DNA of 64,000 bases from an uncultured Alphaproteobacteria bacterium. GTDB taxonomy: Bacteria; Pseudomonadota; Alphaproteobacteria; RF32; CAG-239. The DNA lies in assembly GCA_949297145.1 (NCBI GenBank), contig CASFQO010000013.1, positions 18,768-82,767 on the forward strand, in the 5' to 3' direction. This document shows, one piece after another, positions 9,181-18,095 of this stretch. The notes under the pieces were generated by a model. The model did not search any database and was not told the origin of the DNA. It was given only the letters and a program-made list of their open reading frames with translations. Both the position numbers and the translations under genes were made by a program. Every line of letters begins with the position of its first letter. The first letter of the stretch is position 1.

Positions 9181-9909
9181 ATGCTAAAAGATAAAAGACG
9201 CCAAATTACTTTATATGTTCCAAAGGATATGATTGGGCTTATTATCGGTAAAGGCGGAAGTAAAATTAAGGAATTTGGCAAAAAATATAATAAATTCTTT
9301 AAGGTTGAACAAGATCCTGCCGAAAAGAAGCGCGATCAGCTTCGTGAGTTAAACGACAAAATTTCGCATATCATCTATAATGATGAAACGAAAAATCCAA
9401 TGGAGCAAATCAATGAGATTGTGGGCGCTTCCGAATGGCTTTCATCTCAGGAAAGAGACAACCTTTTGAAGGACTCTTCAGAAAAGTTAACGTCTTACGA
9501 AGCATATCGCAAAGAACAAGAAGTCGAGCGGCATAAAAATGGTGTTTTCCACTTAAAAATGAAGCTTTATGATTATTTCGGCGAGAATTTGGCTGATCAA
9601 AATAATCAACAGATAGATGAAGGTATTGCAAACTATTTACAACAAAATAAAGAGACTATATCGGTTATTCCGACTGTTGAGGAGCTGAATAAAATCCGCG
9701 ATGAATTTCGTGATGCTCGTGATCTAAATGTCAAACAGAGAGAGGCTCAAAAACAAGAAGAAATACGGAAAATGAATGATGCCGTACATCGTTTTATTGA
9801 CAATGCCGAGCAAGACGGCAAAAAGGCAGAGGCTCCGGCTGTTGAGCAATATATTAAAGAAAATTTTGCCGATAGCGCTTATATGCAAACTGTGCTTGAA
9901 GCTGGGTAG
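9181..9909 (+). CDS. KH-domain protein fragment (first ATG of the long frame)
   Basis: MLKDKRRQITLYVPKDMIGLIIGKGGSKIKEF contains the GxxG KH motif, followed by charged coiled-coil sequence. No RBS precedes ATG 9181. The ORF-track start at GTG 9073 adds an implausible hydrophobic extension. Confidence 0.6.
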   Translation: MLKDKRRQITLYVPKDMIGLIIGKGGSKIKEFGKKYNKFFKVEQDPAEKKRDQLRELNDKISHIIYNDETKNPMEQINEIVGASEWLSSQERDNLLKDSSEKLTSYEAYRKEQEVERHKNGVFHLKMKLYDYFGENLADQNNQQIDEGIANYLQQNKETISVIPTVEELNKIRDEFRDARDLNVKQREAQKQEEIRKMNDAVHRFIDNAEQDGKKAEAPAVEQYIKENFADSAYMQTVLEAG

Positions 9910-10113
9910 AAAGAAATTCAACTTCGTGAAGAACGTCGAATTATTAAAGAAAAAGCGGCTGAAAATTTTGATAAAGTCGTTAATGAGGAATTTGAGAGAT
10001 TTTTCCACGATCCGCTTCGCTCTGGCTCGCATGGGGCTTATTTCTTCTCTTCCGTTGGGAAAAACAGACGTATAAACGGTTATTCTAGTATTGCATATGC
10101 TACCGGTAAGCGC

Positions 10114-10506
10114 TTGAATTTGATACATGGCTCTTTTGATGAAGTTTCTGACTATTCACATCCTGAACATAAGGATTTTATGGAGCTGTTTTGCAAGGTT
10201 CGTACGTTTGAGGAAAACCGTCAGGCTGCTAATGAGCATAACGACGATGATGAGTATGTTGATATTAATGATTATATTGTTAACCCGTCTTCATCTTATT
10301 ATTCTGCCTATAATGAGGCAGAGCCGGAGGATAACCCAGTTGAATTAACACCTGAAGAAAAAGAAGCGCGTAAGCAGCAACTTAAATCTGCTAAAGCCGC
10401 AGCTAAAAAGGATATGACGGCTAAAGGACAAAAATCTAAGCAAGCTACAACGATAAAAGGCGGTCTGTCCGGATTGGCGGCTTTGCTTTCTTCTGAGCGC
10501 GAATAA
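10114..10506 (+). CDS. C-terminal continuation of the KH-domain gene (called as a separate ORF from TTG 10114)
   Basis: It is in the same frame as 9181..9909 (10114-9073 = 1041 = 347 x 3). The frame is open from 9910, and no RBS precedes TTG 10114. Confidence 0.4.
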   Translation: MNLIHGSFDEVSDYSHPEHKDFMELFCKVRTFEENRQAANEHNDDDEYVDINDYIVNPSSSYYSAYNEAEPEDNPVELTPEEKEARKQQLKSAKAAAKKDMTAKGQKSKQATTIKGGLSGLAALLSSERE

Positions 10507-10616
10507 TTTTAATTGTTGTTTGTCACGCCAAAGGGCTTTGAGAAATATCCCGAAGCCTTTTTTATACTCACATCATCCTTGTCTGCTCTGTATTTTTTTC
10601 TGACTAACTCTTAATT

Positions 10617-10646
10617 TTGCTTGTATTTCGTGTTGTGGTGTATAAT
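10617..10646 (+). promoter_or_regulatory. Sigma-70-like promoter TTGCTT-18-TATAAT upstream of gpsA
   Basis: Hexamers read directly from the sequence. Confidence 0.45.
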
Positions 10647-10692
10647 ATCGTTTTCATATGGATTTAATTATGTTGCTATAAAGGAACTTTTT

Positions 10693-11688
10693 ATGAAAAA
10701 AATAGCTGTCGTTGGTACCGGTATTTGGGGAACTGCTTTGGCTTTAACTGCGGCCAGAGCCGGTAATCAGGTCCTTTGCTGGGCAAGGGAACCTGAAGTT
10801 GTGGAAGCCATTAATCAATCACATGTCAATAAGGTGTTTTTGCCGGATATCCCTCTGCCGGATGCTATTCGGGCAACAAACAATATTGCTGACGTTTTTG
10901 ATTTTGCTGATGTTGTTTTGCTTACAGCTTCCGCACAATGGACGCGGGCTACCCTTAAATTGATGAAGCCGTTTGTTAAACCTTCCACAATTATCGTTCT
11001 TTGCGCTAAAGGAATTGAAGTTGATACGGGCAAAATGCTTTCGGAAATTGTTGATGAGGAGATTTCCGATGCTACAATTGCCATTCTTTCCGGTCCGGGA
11101 TTTGCTATTGATGTGGCGCAACGCAAGTTAGCTTCTGTTACCATTGCATGCGCAAAAGACGGTATTGCCACTCAGTTGGCTAATATGCTCGGAACCCCCT
11201 ATTTTCGCCCTTATACCACAACAGATATGATTTCTCCTCAAGTTGGCGGAAGTGTTAAAAACGTTATTGCTATTGCTTCCGGTGTGGTTGAAGGTGCGTC
11301 TTTAGGCGATGGTGCAAGAGCTGCTTTAATTACTCGTGGTTTTCATGAAATGGCTAAATTTGCGGACGCTCTTGGCGGTTCTCTTACGACGATGATGGGG
11401 ATGAGCGGTTTGGGGGATTTGGTTTTAACGGCCAGCTGTTCTCAATCTCGTAACTTTAGTTTTGGCTATGAAATCGGTGTTCAGGGGCATGCGAAAAAGT
11501 TAATTGAAGAAAATACACGTACTGTGGAGGGAATTTATACAGCTAAGGCAGTTATGCAACGCGCAAGAGCGCTTAGTATTGAAATGCCTATCTGCGAAAT
11601 GGTTAATCGGGTGCTCTTTAACGATATGGCTCTTAAAGACGCTATGGCAGAGTTGATGTCCAGACCTTATCGTGAGGAAGGTTTTTAA
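10693..11688 (+). CDS. gpsA: NAD(P)H-dependent glycerol-3-phosphate dehydrogenase
   Basis: MKKIAVVGTGIWGTALA Rossmann N-terminus, plus GPGFAIDVA and GGSVKNVIAIASG motifs. Start moved to ATG 10693. Confidence 0.92.
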   Translation: MKKIAVVGTGIWGTALALTAARAGNQVLCWAREPEVVEAINQSHVNKVFLPDIPLPDAIRATNNIADVFDFADVVLLTASAQWTRATLKLMKPFVKPSTIIVLCAKGIEVDTGKMLSEIVDEEISDATIAILSGPGFAIDVAQRKLASVTIACAKDGIATQLANMLGTPYFRPYTTTDMISPQVGGSVKNVIAIASGVVEGASLGDGARAALITRGFHEMAKFADALGGSLTTMMGMSGLGDLVLTASCSQSRNFSFGYEIGVQGHAKKLIEENTRTVEGIYTAKAVMQRARALSIEMPICEMVNRVLFNDMALKDAMAELMSRPYREEGF

Positions 11689-11704
11689 GTTTTTAGTCTT
11701 TTTT

Positions 11705-11738
11705 AGAGCTCCGTTTAATCTAGACGGAGCTCTTTTTG
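11705..11738. terminator. Bidirectional Rho-independent terminator between convergent genes
   Basis: AGAGCTCCGT-9 nt-ACGGAGCTCT perfect 10-bp stem, flanked by T/A runs. Confidence 0.85.
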
Positions 11739-11746
11739 TTGCTCTT

Positions 11747-12511
11747 TTATAGCTCTATGGTCATACCATCATAGGCCAATTCTACATTTTGAGGTAGAGA
11801 TGTTTGTATTGCATTATAATCCACACGACAAGATAAATGCGTTAAAATAACTCTTGAAGGGCAAATTTTCTCTATCACCTTTTTTACATTTTCTAAATCA
11901 CTATGTCCGTTCTTTTCCGGATACAAGCCATTGTTACATTCAATTACCAGCAACTTTATGCCCTTTAGCATATTAAGTCCCTGCTGGGGTATTGTTTCCC
12001 AATCGGTTACATAAGCAAAATCTTGATAACGAAAAGCTGAACAATGGAACTGATGATGCGGAACCTGAAAAGTTTGAAATTCAATCCCCTGACTGATAAA
12101 TGTTCCTAAATCCGGCAGTCTGCACCATTTTAATCCGACACTTTCATGTTCGGCGCCATTAAACATAAAACCATAAGTTTGGCGTAATTCTTTTTCTGTT
12201 TCTGCACTAGACCATATTTCTATGGTATGTCCTTTGCTGGAACTGGCTCGCGATAACTCCGGAACGCTTGCTATATGGTCATAATGTCCATGTGTTAGAA
12301 ACACCGAATCTATGTCGGTTATATTGTTCTCATTTATCTCAAGACGAAACTCAGGCCCTGTATCTATCACAAATTTTTTGTTTTCTATTTCCAAATATAA
12401 AGAAGCACGGTTACGGATATTTTTGGAATTTTTTGCGTCTAATAAATTCCATTGATTAAAAATCATCGGGCAACCATAAGCCGAACCGGAACCTAAAATT
12501 ACTATTTTCAT
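11747..12511 (-). CDS. MBL-fold metallo-hydrolase (PhnP-like)
   Basis: 254 aa with KIVILGSGSAYGCP and the THGHYDH motif. Confidence 0.8.
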   Translation of the reverse strand: MKIVILGSGSAYGCPMIFNQWNLLDAKNSKNIRNRASLYLEIENKKFVIDTGPEFRLEINENNITDIDSVFLTHGHYDHIASVPELSRASSSKGHTIEIWSSAETEKELRQTYGFMFNGAEHESVGLKWCRLPDLGTFISQGIEFQTFQVPHHQFHCSAFRYQDFAYVTDWETIPQQGLNMLKGIKLLVIECNNGLYPEKNGHSDLENVKKVIEKICPSRVILTHLSCRVDYNAIQTSLPQNVELAYDGMTIEL

Positions 12512-12598
12512 TATACTTCCCTTCTTTTTTAATGCACAATCTGTTTGATAACGCCTGCTCTTTTATCAAAAAATGCGCCTTGAGGCGCATTCTCTTGC

Positions 12599-12999
12599 TT
12601 AGAAATCAAGCGGATTGCCACCCATATCTATTCTTAATTGATGGGTGTCATAAATTATGGTTTCTTTGCAGATTTGGTTGTTTTCATTAAATTCAAACAC
12701 ATCGCACACTTCAAAGGTGGTATTTCTTCCATCTTTTACCGCCCAGTGATAGGTGAAATGTTTAATCATAACCGGTTTTCCTTCCGTGCTGATTAACGTG
12801 TTATGCGGTTTTTGCCAAGATTTTTCGACATCCGACAGTACACACATTTTTTCAAAGAACACTCTTGGTTCTAACCATCCCAACAAAGGCGAATAAACTT
12901 TTGCTTCCGGTGTAAATAAATTCCATCTAAATCATATTCCGCAAGAGCTTTCATATATTTTTGAATAATTTCTTCATAAATTGCTTCTTTACTCATCAT
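12599..12999 (-). pseudogene. SnoaL/NTF2-like protein gene with a 1-nt frameshift near 12911-12920
   Basis: RBS GGAG precedes ATGATG at 12999. That frame reads MMSKEAIYEEIIQKYMKALAEYDLDGIYLHRKQKFIRLCWDG*. The adjacent frame continues FTPEAKVYSPLLGWLEPRVFF... into ORF 12599..12886. Adding one T at ATTTATTTAC restores a single roughly 133-aa ORF. Confidence 0.65.
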
Positions 13000-13041
13000 T
13001 TTCTCCTGTTTATGTCTTGTTTTGATTATATTGGTGATTAT

Positions 13042-15453
13042 ATGGGGCTATATTTGAAAATAAAATGGATTTTTGGGGCTATGCTCAAGTTTTTGCAATT
13101 TGTTCTTTTGTTTTGGCTGTGCCTTATACCATATCATTTGGTCTGGGCTGATACAACCTATGCGCAAAGTGAGCAGGAACTTAAATTTAGCGAGGCAAAC
13201 AAAACTCTTGATGCCATCTTAAAAAGGCTTAAAGAACAAAATATCTCCCATGATGACAGTTATGGTGTTTTACAAGTCTTAAACCAGCTTCAATCACAAA
13301 TATTATCTCAGCAAAAAAGCGACAATGTTATGTATCAATCGCTTAAGCAAAAAATAACGGCTCTTGATGAACTTTCTCTCGGAAGCGGCAAAGATTTGCC
13401 GGAAGTTTCTAAAGAAAGGAAAAATCTCAACGCCGAACTTTCTCTTTATAAAGAAAAATTAGCTCAAGGTGCTTTTATTCTTACTAAAATTGATGAGGCT
13501 AATGCTTTGATTTTTGCTTCGCGCAATCAAGAACTGCTCTCTAATTTGCTCACTAAGCAAAACGCTCTTTTTGAACCACAACAATTTGTTGCTTCGCTTC
13601 ATGGATTTCAGCACTTCTTCTCAGAAGTTTCATCTTCGCCTCGTGTTTGGTATTCGGAATTAACGGCTTATCAAAAAGAACAAATTGCTTATCAGGGATT
13701 TAAGCTACTTATGCTCATGGGCGTGTTGCTTCTCGTGCTGATTTTTTTGAAAAAAATAATCTTAAAGCGCCATATTTCTTTCTATGCAAATCTTATACGT
13801 CCTAACTATCTGCAAAAAATAAAAAATGTTCTCTATATTTTTTTAACGTATGCTCTGATGCCTGTCGTTTTTTTATATGTTTTAAAAATGGCAAGCGTAC
13901 AATTGCTTTTCCAGAACTCCTCTCTTTTTGAGGTTTTGATTGCCAATGCTTTGCTATATCTTTGCTATTTCATCCTCATCAAAGTTTTAATCTACGCTGT
14001 GATTGCACCTGATTTTCCGGAATGGTCATTATTTGAAAATCTTGATGATAAATTTGCCAAACGTATTTATCAAACGCTCATGACAGCTTTGGTGCCTATT
14101 ATGCTTATTGCCTTTTTGCAACGCGTCATTACCCTTTTTCCGATGCAAAACGATATGGTGTATTCTTTTCAGCTCTTAAATAATGCCGTTAAGGCGTTTG
14201 CAATTATATGGGTTGTGCTCCGAATCCTTTACCGCACGCAGGAACTTTCTGATGAAGATGCTAATAATGATGATTTTCAACAACTTTCTTTTTCCTCGCA
14301 GGCTGCGTTGGCGATTGCCTTGTTTATAGGGCTTAGTTTCGGATGTTCGTTATTTGGATATCTTCAATTATCTTCGTATTTAATTAATCATTTTATCCTT
14401 TCGGTGGCTGTGATTGCTCTTATCTATGTCATTAAAAGATTGCTGCTTTTTTTGTACCATTGGTTTGTACATCGAAGATTTTGGATTTCTGCCTTTCGCA
14501 TCCGCCCGAGGACATTACTTAAGAGTGAGATTTGGTTTAATATCCTGCTAACCCCGATTATTTATTGTTTGGCGCTACTCTTTCTTTTAGCCTCTTGGGG
14601 CGTTTCGGTGGATATTCTTTTGGCACGCACAAAAGGGTTTTTAACCGGTTTTCATATCGGCGGTGTTTATGTTTCTATCTCTTCTATTTGCTTGGGAGGA
14701 TTGGCTTTCGGCATCGGGATGCTGCTTGTAAAATTACTTAAAAACAGTTTGATATCCGGCAATCTTAATAAACTTGATTTAGATGAGGGGATGAAAAGCT
14801 CTTTGATTTCGGGAATCGGATTTTTTGGCTTTATCTTTGCGGTTATTTTGGGAATCGCCGTGGCCGGCGGGAGTTTTCGTAGCTTGGCCATTATTGCCGG
14901 AGCTATTTCTTTTGGAGCCGGATTTGGTTTGCAAAATATGGTCAGCAACCTTGCTTCCGGATTGACTATTTTGTTTGAGCGTCCCATAAAAGTCGGGGAT
15001 ACGGTCATTATTAACGGTTTTGAAGGAATCGTTTCTAAAATCAGTATGAGAGCAACGACGCTTGAAACTTCTGATAAATCTAATGTTATTATTCCAAATG
15101 CTCTTATCATTTCCGGCTGTGTGGTTAATAAGACTTATGAAAACAGAATGACGCGCGTGGATATTCGAGTTGGGGTGGACTATAACTGTGATATACAAAA
15201 ACTTAAGCAACTCTTGTTACGAATCGCTCAAGATGATGCGGAAGTCTTGGCTTTTCCGGCCCCTACTCTGGCCTTTCTGGACTTTGGAGACGGGCAACTT
15301 AATTTTGTTCTCAGCTGTTTTACTTCTAACATTACTTTGAGTGCGGGAATGGCGTTTCGGCTTCGCGAAAAAATTATTGATGCGTTCAAAAAAGAGGGTA
15401 TTTCTCTCCCTTATCCGCAGCGTATTGTTCATCTTGAAAAAAATATTTCTTAA
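13042..15453 (+). CDS. Large mechanosensitive channel, MscS/MscK (KefA) family
   Basis: N-terminal signal, coiled-coil periplasmic region, many TM segments, and the MscS core GFGLQNMVSNLASGLTILFERPIKVGDTVII. The start is uncertain (ATG 13042 or 13081). The ORF-track start 12961 overlaps the neighbouring gene's 5' end. Confidence 0.85.
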   Translation: MGLYLKIKWIFGAMLKFLQFVLLFWLCLIPYHLVWADTTYAQSEQELKFSEANKTLDAILKRLKEQNISHDDSYGVLQVLNQLQSQILSQQKSDNVMYQSLKQKITALDELSLGSGKDLPEVSKERKNLNAELSLYKEKLAQGAFILTKIDEANALIFASRNQELLSNLLTKQNALFEPQQFVASLHGFQHFFSEVSSSPRVWYSELTAYQKEQIAYQGFKLLMLMGVLLLVLIFLKKIILKRHISFYANLIRPNYLQKIKNVLYIFLTYALMPVVFLYVLKMASVQLLFQNSSLFEVLIANALLYLCYFILIKVLIYAVIAPDFPEWSLFENLDDKFAKRIYQTLMTALVPIMLIAFLQRVITLFPMQNDMVYSFQLLNNAVKAFAIIWVVLRILYRTQELSDEDANNDDFQQLSFSSQAALAIALFIGLSFGCSLFGYLQLSSYLINHFILSVAVIALIYVIKRLLLFLYHWFVHRRFWISAFRIRPRTLLKSEIWFNILLTPIIYCLALLFLLASWGVSVDILLARTKGFLTGFHIGGVYVSISSICLGGLAFGIGMLLVKLLKNSLISGNLNKLDLDEGMKSSLISGIGFFGFIFAVILGIAVAGGSFRSLAIIAGAISFGAGFGLQNMVSNLASGLTILFERPIKVGDTVIINGFEGIVSKISMRATTLETSDKSNVIIPNALIISGCVVNKTYENRMTRVDIRVGVDYNCDIQKLKQLLLRIAQDDAEVLAFPAPTLAFLDFGDGQLNFVLSCFTSNITLSAGMAFRLREKIIDAFKKEGISLPYPQRIVHLEKNIS

Positions 15454-15549
15454 TTTTGATAAATTTTATTTGAAACTAACTTGTTGATTTTACTAATCTT
15501 TATCTCTTAATTTTCCTTCTTCTCAAAAAAAATCAAAAAATTATTTTGC

Positions 15550-15566
15550 CTTAAGCGTTTCTTAAG
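15550..15566 (+). promoter_or_regulatory. PmrA/QseB-type direct-repeat box CTTAAG-N5-CTTAAG
   Basis: Read directly: CTTAAGcgtttCTTAAG, about 70 nt upstream of the ygiW-like start codon. It matches the YTTAAK-N5-YTTAAK consensus. Confidence 0.55.
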
Positions 15567-15636
15567 TTTACAATGCAGAATTAAAGTTGTTCTGATAAAC
15601 AAACTTTATTTACAACTTTTATTTAGGAGAAAAATT

Positions 15637-15999
15637 ATGAATAAAATTTTAGCTGTTTCTGCTCTTGTTTTAACTTTCGCTGTTGCTTCTAATGCTCAAG
15701 CTCAAATGAATATGGGTGGTGGTTTCCAAGGACCGACTATCGCTTCTACCACTGTTGCCGATGCTCTTAAAATGAATGATGATACTCCGGTTGTTTTGGT
15801 TGGTAACATTCAAAAGAATTTGGGTAATGAAAAATATCAATTCGCCGATAAAACTGGTACAATCGTTGTTGAAATTGATGATGAAGATTGGAGAGGCCAA
15901 GTTGTTAAACCGGAAAACACCGTTGAAATCAGAGGTGAAATCGATAAAGAATTGCTCGGCACACCTGAAGTTGACGTTGACTCCATTATCTTGAAATAA
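15637..15999 (+). CDS. ygiW: YgiW/YdeI-family periplasmic OB-fold (BOF) stress protein
   Basis: 120 aa with signal peptide ...[26 protein letters not shown]...[20 protein letters not shown], and RBS AGGAG. Confidence 0.85.
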   Translation: MNKILAVSALVLTFAVASNAQAQMNMGGGFQGPTIASTTVADALKMNDDTPVVLVGNIQKNLGNEKYQFADKTGTIVVEIDDEDWRGQVVKPENTVEIRGEIDKELLGTPEVDVDSIILK

Positions 16000-16019
16000 T
16001 CCTCTTGAAAGGATTGGCG

Positions 16020-16676
16020 ATGAGAGTGCTTTTAATTGAAGATGACAGTCTTATCGGGGACGGAATTAAAGTCGGGCTTTCTAAGCTCGGCTTTACCGTC
16101 GATTGGTTTGATGATGGGGCTGACGGCAAAGAGGCTTTATTGCAAACGCCTTATGACGCCGTTATCTTAGACCTGGGACTGCCTACCATTGAAGGTTTGG
16201 ATATCTTGAAAGCATGGCGTAACGCCGGAATTGATACGCCGGTTCTCATTTTAACCGCCAGAGGTGATGTCGATGAGCGCATTAAAGGCTTGAATTCCGG
16301 TGCCGATGATTATCTCGGCAAGCCTTTTGCGCTTAGAGAAGTACAAGCACGGCTTAATGCCCTTATTCGGCGGCGTAACGGCGTTACAAAACCGCTTATC
16401 CATTTCAAAAATATTACTTTTGCCCCGGATACCAAGACCGTTACGCTTAATGGGGAAAAAGTTACTTTAGCCCCGCGTGAAGTAGCGTTGTTAGAACTAC
16501 TGTTGCTCAATAAGAATAAAGTTTTATCTAAGGAGACGATTGAAAATAAACTTTATTCTTGGGATGATGATGTGGCGAGCAACGCTGTTGAAGTTCATGT
16601 CCACCATTTGCGTAAAAAACTTGGCAAAGATATTGTCAAAACCATCAACAAAATCGGATATACTTTGGAGGATTGA
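16020..16676 (+). CDS. qseB: OmpR-family response regulator, QseB/PmrA-like
   Basis: [30 protein letters not shown]...[10 protein letters not shown]...LILTARG...[12 protein letters not shown] closely parallels E. coli QseB as I recall it. It has a winged-helix C-terminus. Confidence 0.85.
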   Translation: MRVLLIEDDSLIGDGIKVGLSKLGFTVDWFDDGADGKEALLQTPYDAVILDLGLPTIEGLDILKAWRNAGIDTPVLILTARGDVDERIKGLNSGADDYLGKPFALREVQARLNALIRRRNGVTKPLIHFKNITFAPDTKTVTLNGEKVTLAPREVALLELLLLNKNKVLSKETIENKLYSWDDDVASNAVEVHVHHLRKKLGKDIVKTINKIGYTLED

Positions 16677-16679
16677 TAT

Positions 16680-18095
16680 ATGCTTAAGGTTGTCCCCTAT
16701 CTTGCTGATTTTTGCAAAAAAATTGATATCAAAAAGCTGAAATTCAGTTTGTGTTTTCGGCTCATGTTCTTTTTTGTGGTGATATCTGCCATTGTGTGGG
16801 GAATTGCCGGCTATATTTCTTATAAGGAAACTAGAGAAAGTATTGATGAGTTTTTTGATACCTATCAACTTGCGCTCAGCCGTCAGTTGGCGGCGGCAGA
16901 CTGGAGCGCTGTTTCGCAAAATACGCAAGATGTGACGGATAAACTTATTAAAAATGTTGAAAATGCCGACGACGATGATGATGCTATCGGGTTTGCTATT
17001 TTTACGCGTGACGGCAAAATGATTTTTCATGATGATGAAAACGGCAAATATTTTCCGCTCAATACCACCGCTTTCGGCACATTTGTTAATGAGCGGTTGG
17101 AGCGTGAAGGAGATAAATGGCGGTTGCTTCGTTTATATTCGGCAGACGGACGTTATATTATTACCGTCGGGCAAGAACTGGAATATCGTGAAGACTTAGC
17201 GATGGATATTGTTGAGGAGTTTTTGACTCCGTGGCTCTTTGGCTTTATCTTTTTGTTACTTTCTATTGCCGGACTGACTTATTTTGAATTTAGACCGCTT
17301 AAAAAGTTGGCGGCCTCTATTAATAATCGTTCGGCAGATGATTTGGCTCCGGTTAATATGGATAACGCGCCGGTTGAGGTGAAACCGCTAATTGGTGCTA
17401 TGAACCATATGTTTCAGAAAATTACAAATCTGCTTAAACGTGAACGTAGCTTTATTTCTGATTCTGCTCATGAACTCCGCACACCTTTGACCGCGCTTAA
17501 AATACAACTTGAAATTGCACAAATGGCTGATGATGATGCATCCATGCGTCAACAGGCTTTGGATAAACTGCAAAAGGGGATTGAACGTGCCGAACGTTTG
17601 GTGGAGCAACTCTTGGCGCTTTCTCGTTTGGAAGCAGACAACGGGCACTATGACAATGTTGAGATATTGAACTGGAATGAAATCTGCTCGCACTTGATTG
17701 ATGAATATAGATTGATGGTCAAAAATAAGACCATTGTCCTTGAAGCTGATGATAAAGCTCAACCGCCCTTTTGCACCGGAAACCATATTTTAACAGCTTT
17801 GCTTATTCGCAATCTTTTGGATAATGCCGTTAAATATAGTCCTGAAAACGCACGTATTACTCTTAAAATCGCTGATGGGAAATTTACGGTCACTAATTCT
17901 GATACCGTGGTTAATGAAAATATTTTACAAAGACTGACTGAGCGTTTCTTCCGTCCGGCCGGACAAAAAGAAACCGGCAGCGGATTGGGGTTGGCCATTA
18001 CGGAAAGAATTGCCGAACTCTACCATTGTCAATTAGTATTTGCCAACACTGATGAAGGCTTTGCCGTTACCATTCAGGCAAAAGAGGATATTTAA
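16680..18095 (+). CDS. qseC: Sensor histidine kinase, QseC/PmrB-like
   Basis: Two TM segments, H-box SDSAHELRTPLTAL, N box LLDNAVKYSP and G box GSGLGLAI. It starts 4 nt after the regulator gene. Confidence 0.85.
   Translation: MLKVVPYLADFCKKIDIKKLKFSLCFRLMFFFVVISAIVWGIAGYISYKETRESIDEFFDTYQLALSRQLAAADWSAVSQNTQDVTDKLIKNVENADDDDDAIGFAIFTRDGKMIFHDDENGKYFPLNTTAFGTFVNERLEREGDKWRLLRLYSADGRYIITVGQELEYREDLAMDIVEEFLTPWLFGFIFLLLSIAGLTYFEFRPLKKLAASINNRSADDLAPVNMDNAPVEVKPLIGAMNHMFQKITNLLKRERSFISDSAHELRTPLTALKIQLEIAQMADDDASMRQQALDKLQKGIERAERLVEQLLALSRLEADNGHYDNVEILNWNEICSHLIDEYRLMVKNKTIVLEADDKAQPPFCTGNHILTALLIRNLLDNAVKYSPENARITLKIADGKFTVTNSDTVVNENILQRLTERFFRPAGQKETGSGLGLAITERIAELYHCQLVFANTDEGFAVTIQAKEDI

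Larger units (their letters stand above)
9114..10506 (+). pseudogene. KH-domain/coiled-coil protein gene, apparently disrupted twice (frameshift near 9160-9173, in-frame TAG at 9907-9909)
   Basis: The strong RBS GGAGGAG (9100-9106) serves ATG 9114, which opens a 19-codon ORF (MENDTNQAENADFDNFVCS*). This ORF is 1 nt out of frame with the KH ORF. After TAG 9907 the same frame stays open for 68 codons with no start codon, and it runs into the 10114..10506 ORF. Confidence 0.5.

Noticed and set aside
12961-13041. ORF-track N-terminal extension of the mechanosensitive channel gene (MNNFFINCFFTHHF...)
   Set aside because: It overlaps the 5' end and RBS of the divergent SnoaL-like gene and reads as nonsense hydrophobic sequence. 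A signal-peptide-like start occurs at ATG 13042/13081.
14667-15432. Minus-strand ORFs of 147, 143 and 71 aa inside the channel gene; similar antisense or off-frame ORFs inside tig (38277-38902), ffh, pyrG, prfC and the usher gene
   Set aside because: All lie fully within longer, confidently identified genes. They have low-complexity or biased composition and no RBS, so they are typical shadow ORFs in AT-rich DNA.
15567-15600. Assigning a specific -10 element downstream of the PmrA-type box (TACAAT at 15569-15574)
   Set aside because: TACAAT starts only 2 nt after the second half-site, which does not fit the usual geometry of box-overlapping -35 activation. Other candidates are weak, so no -10 is claimed.
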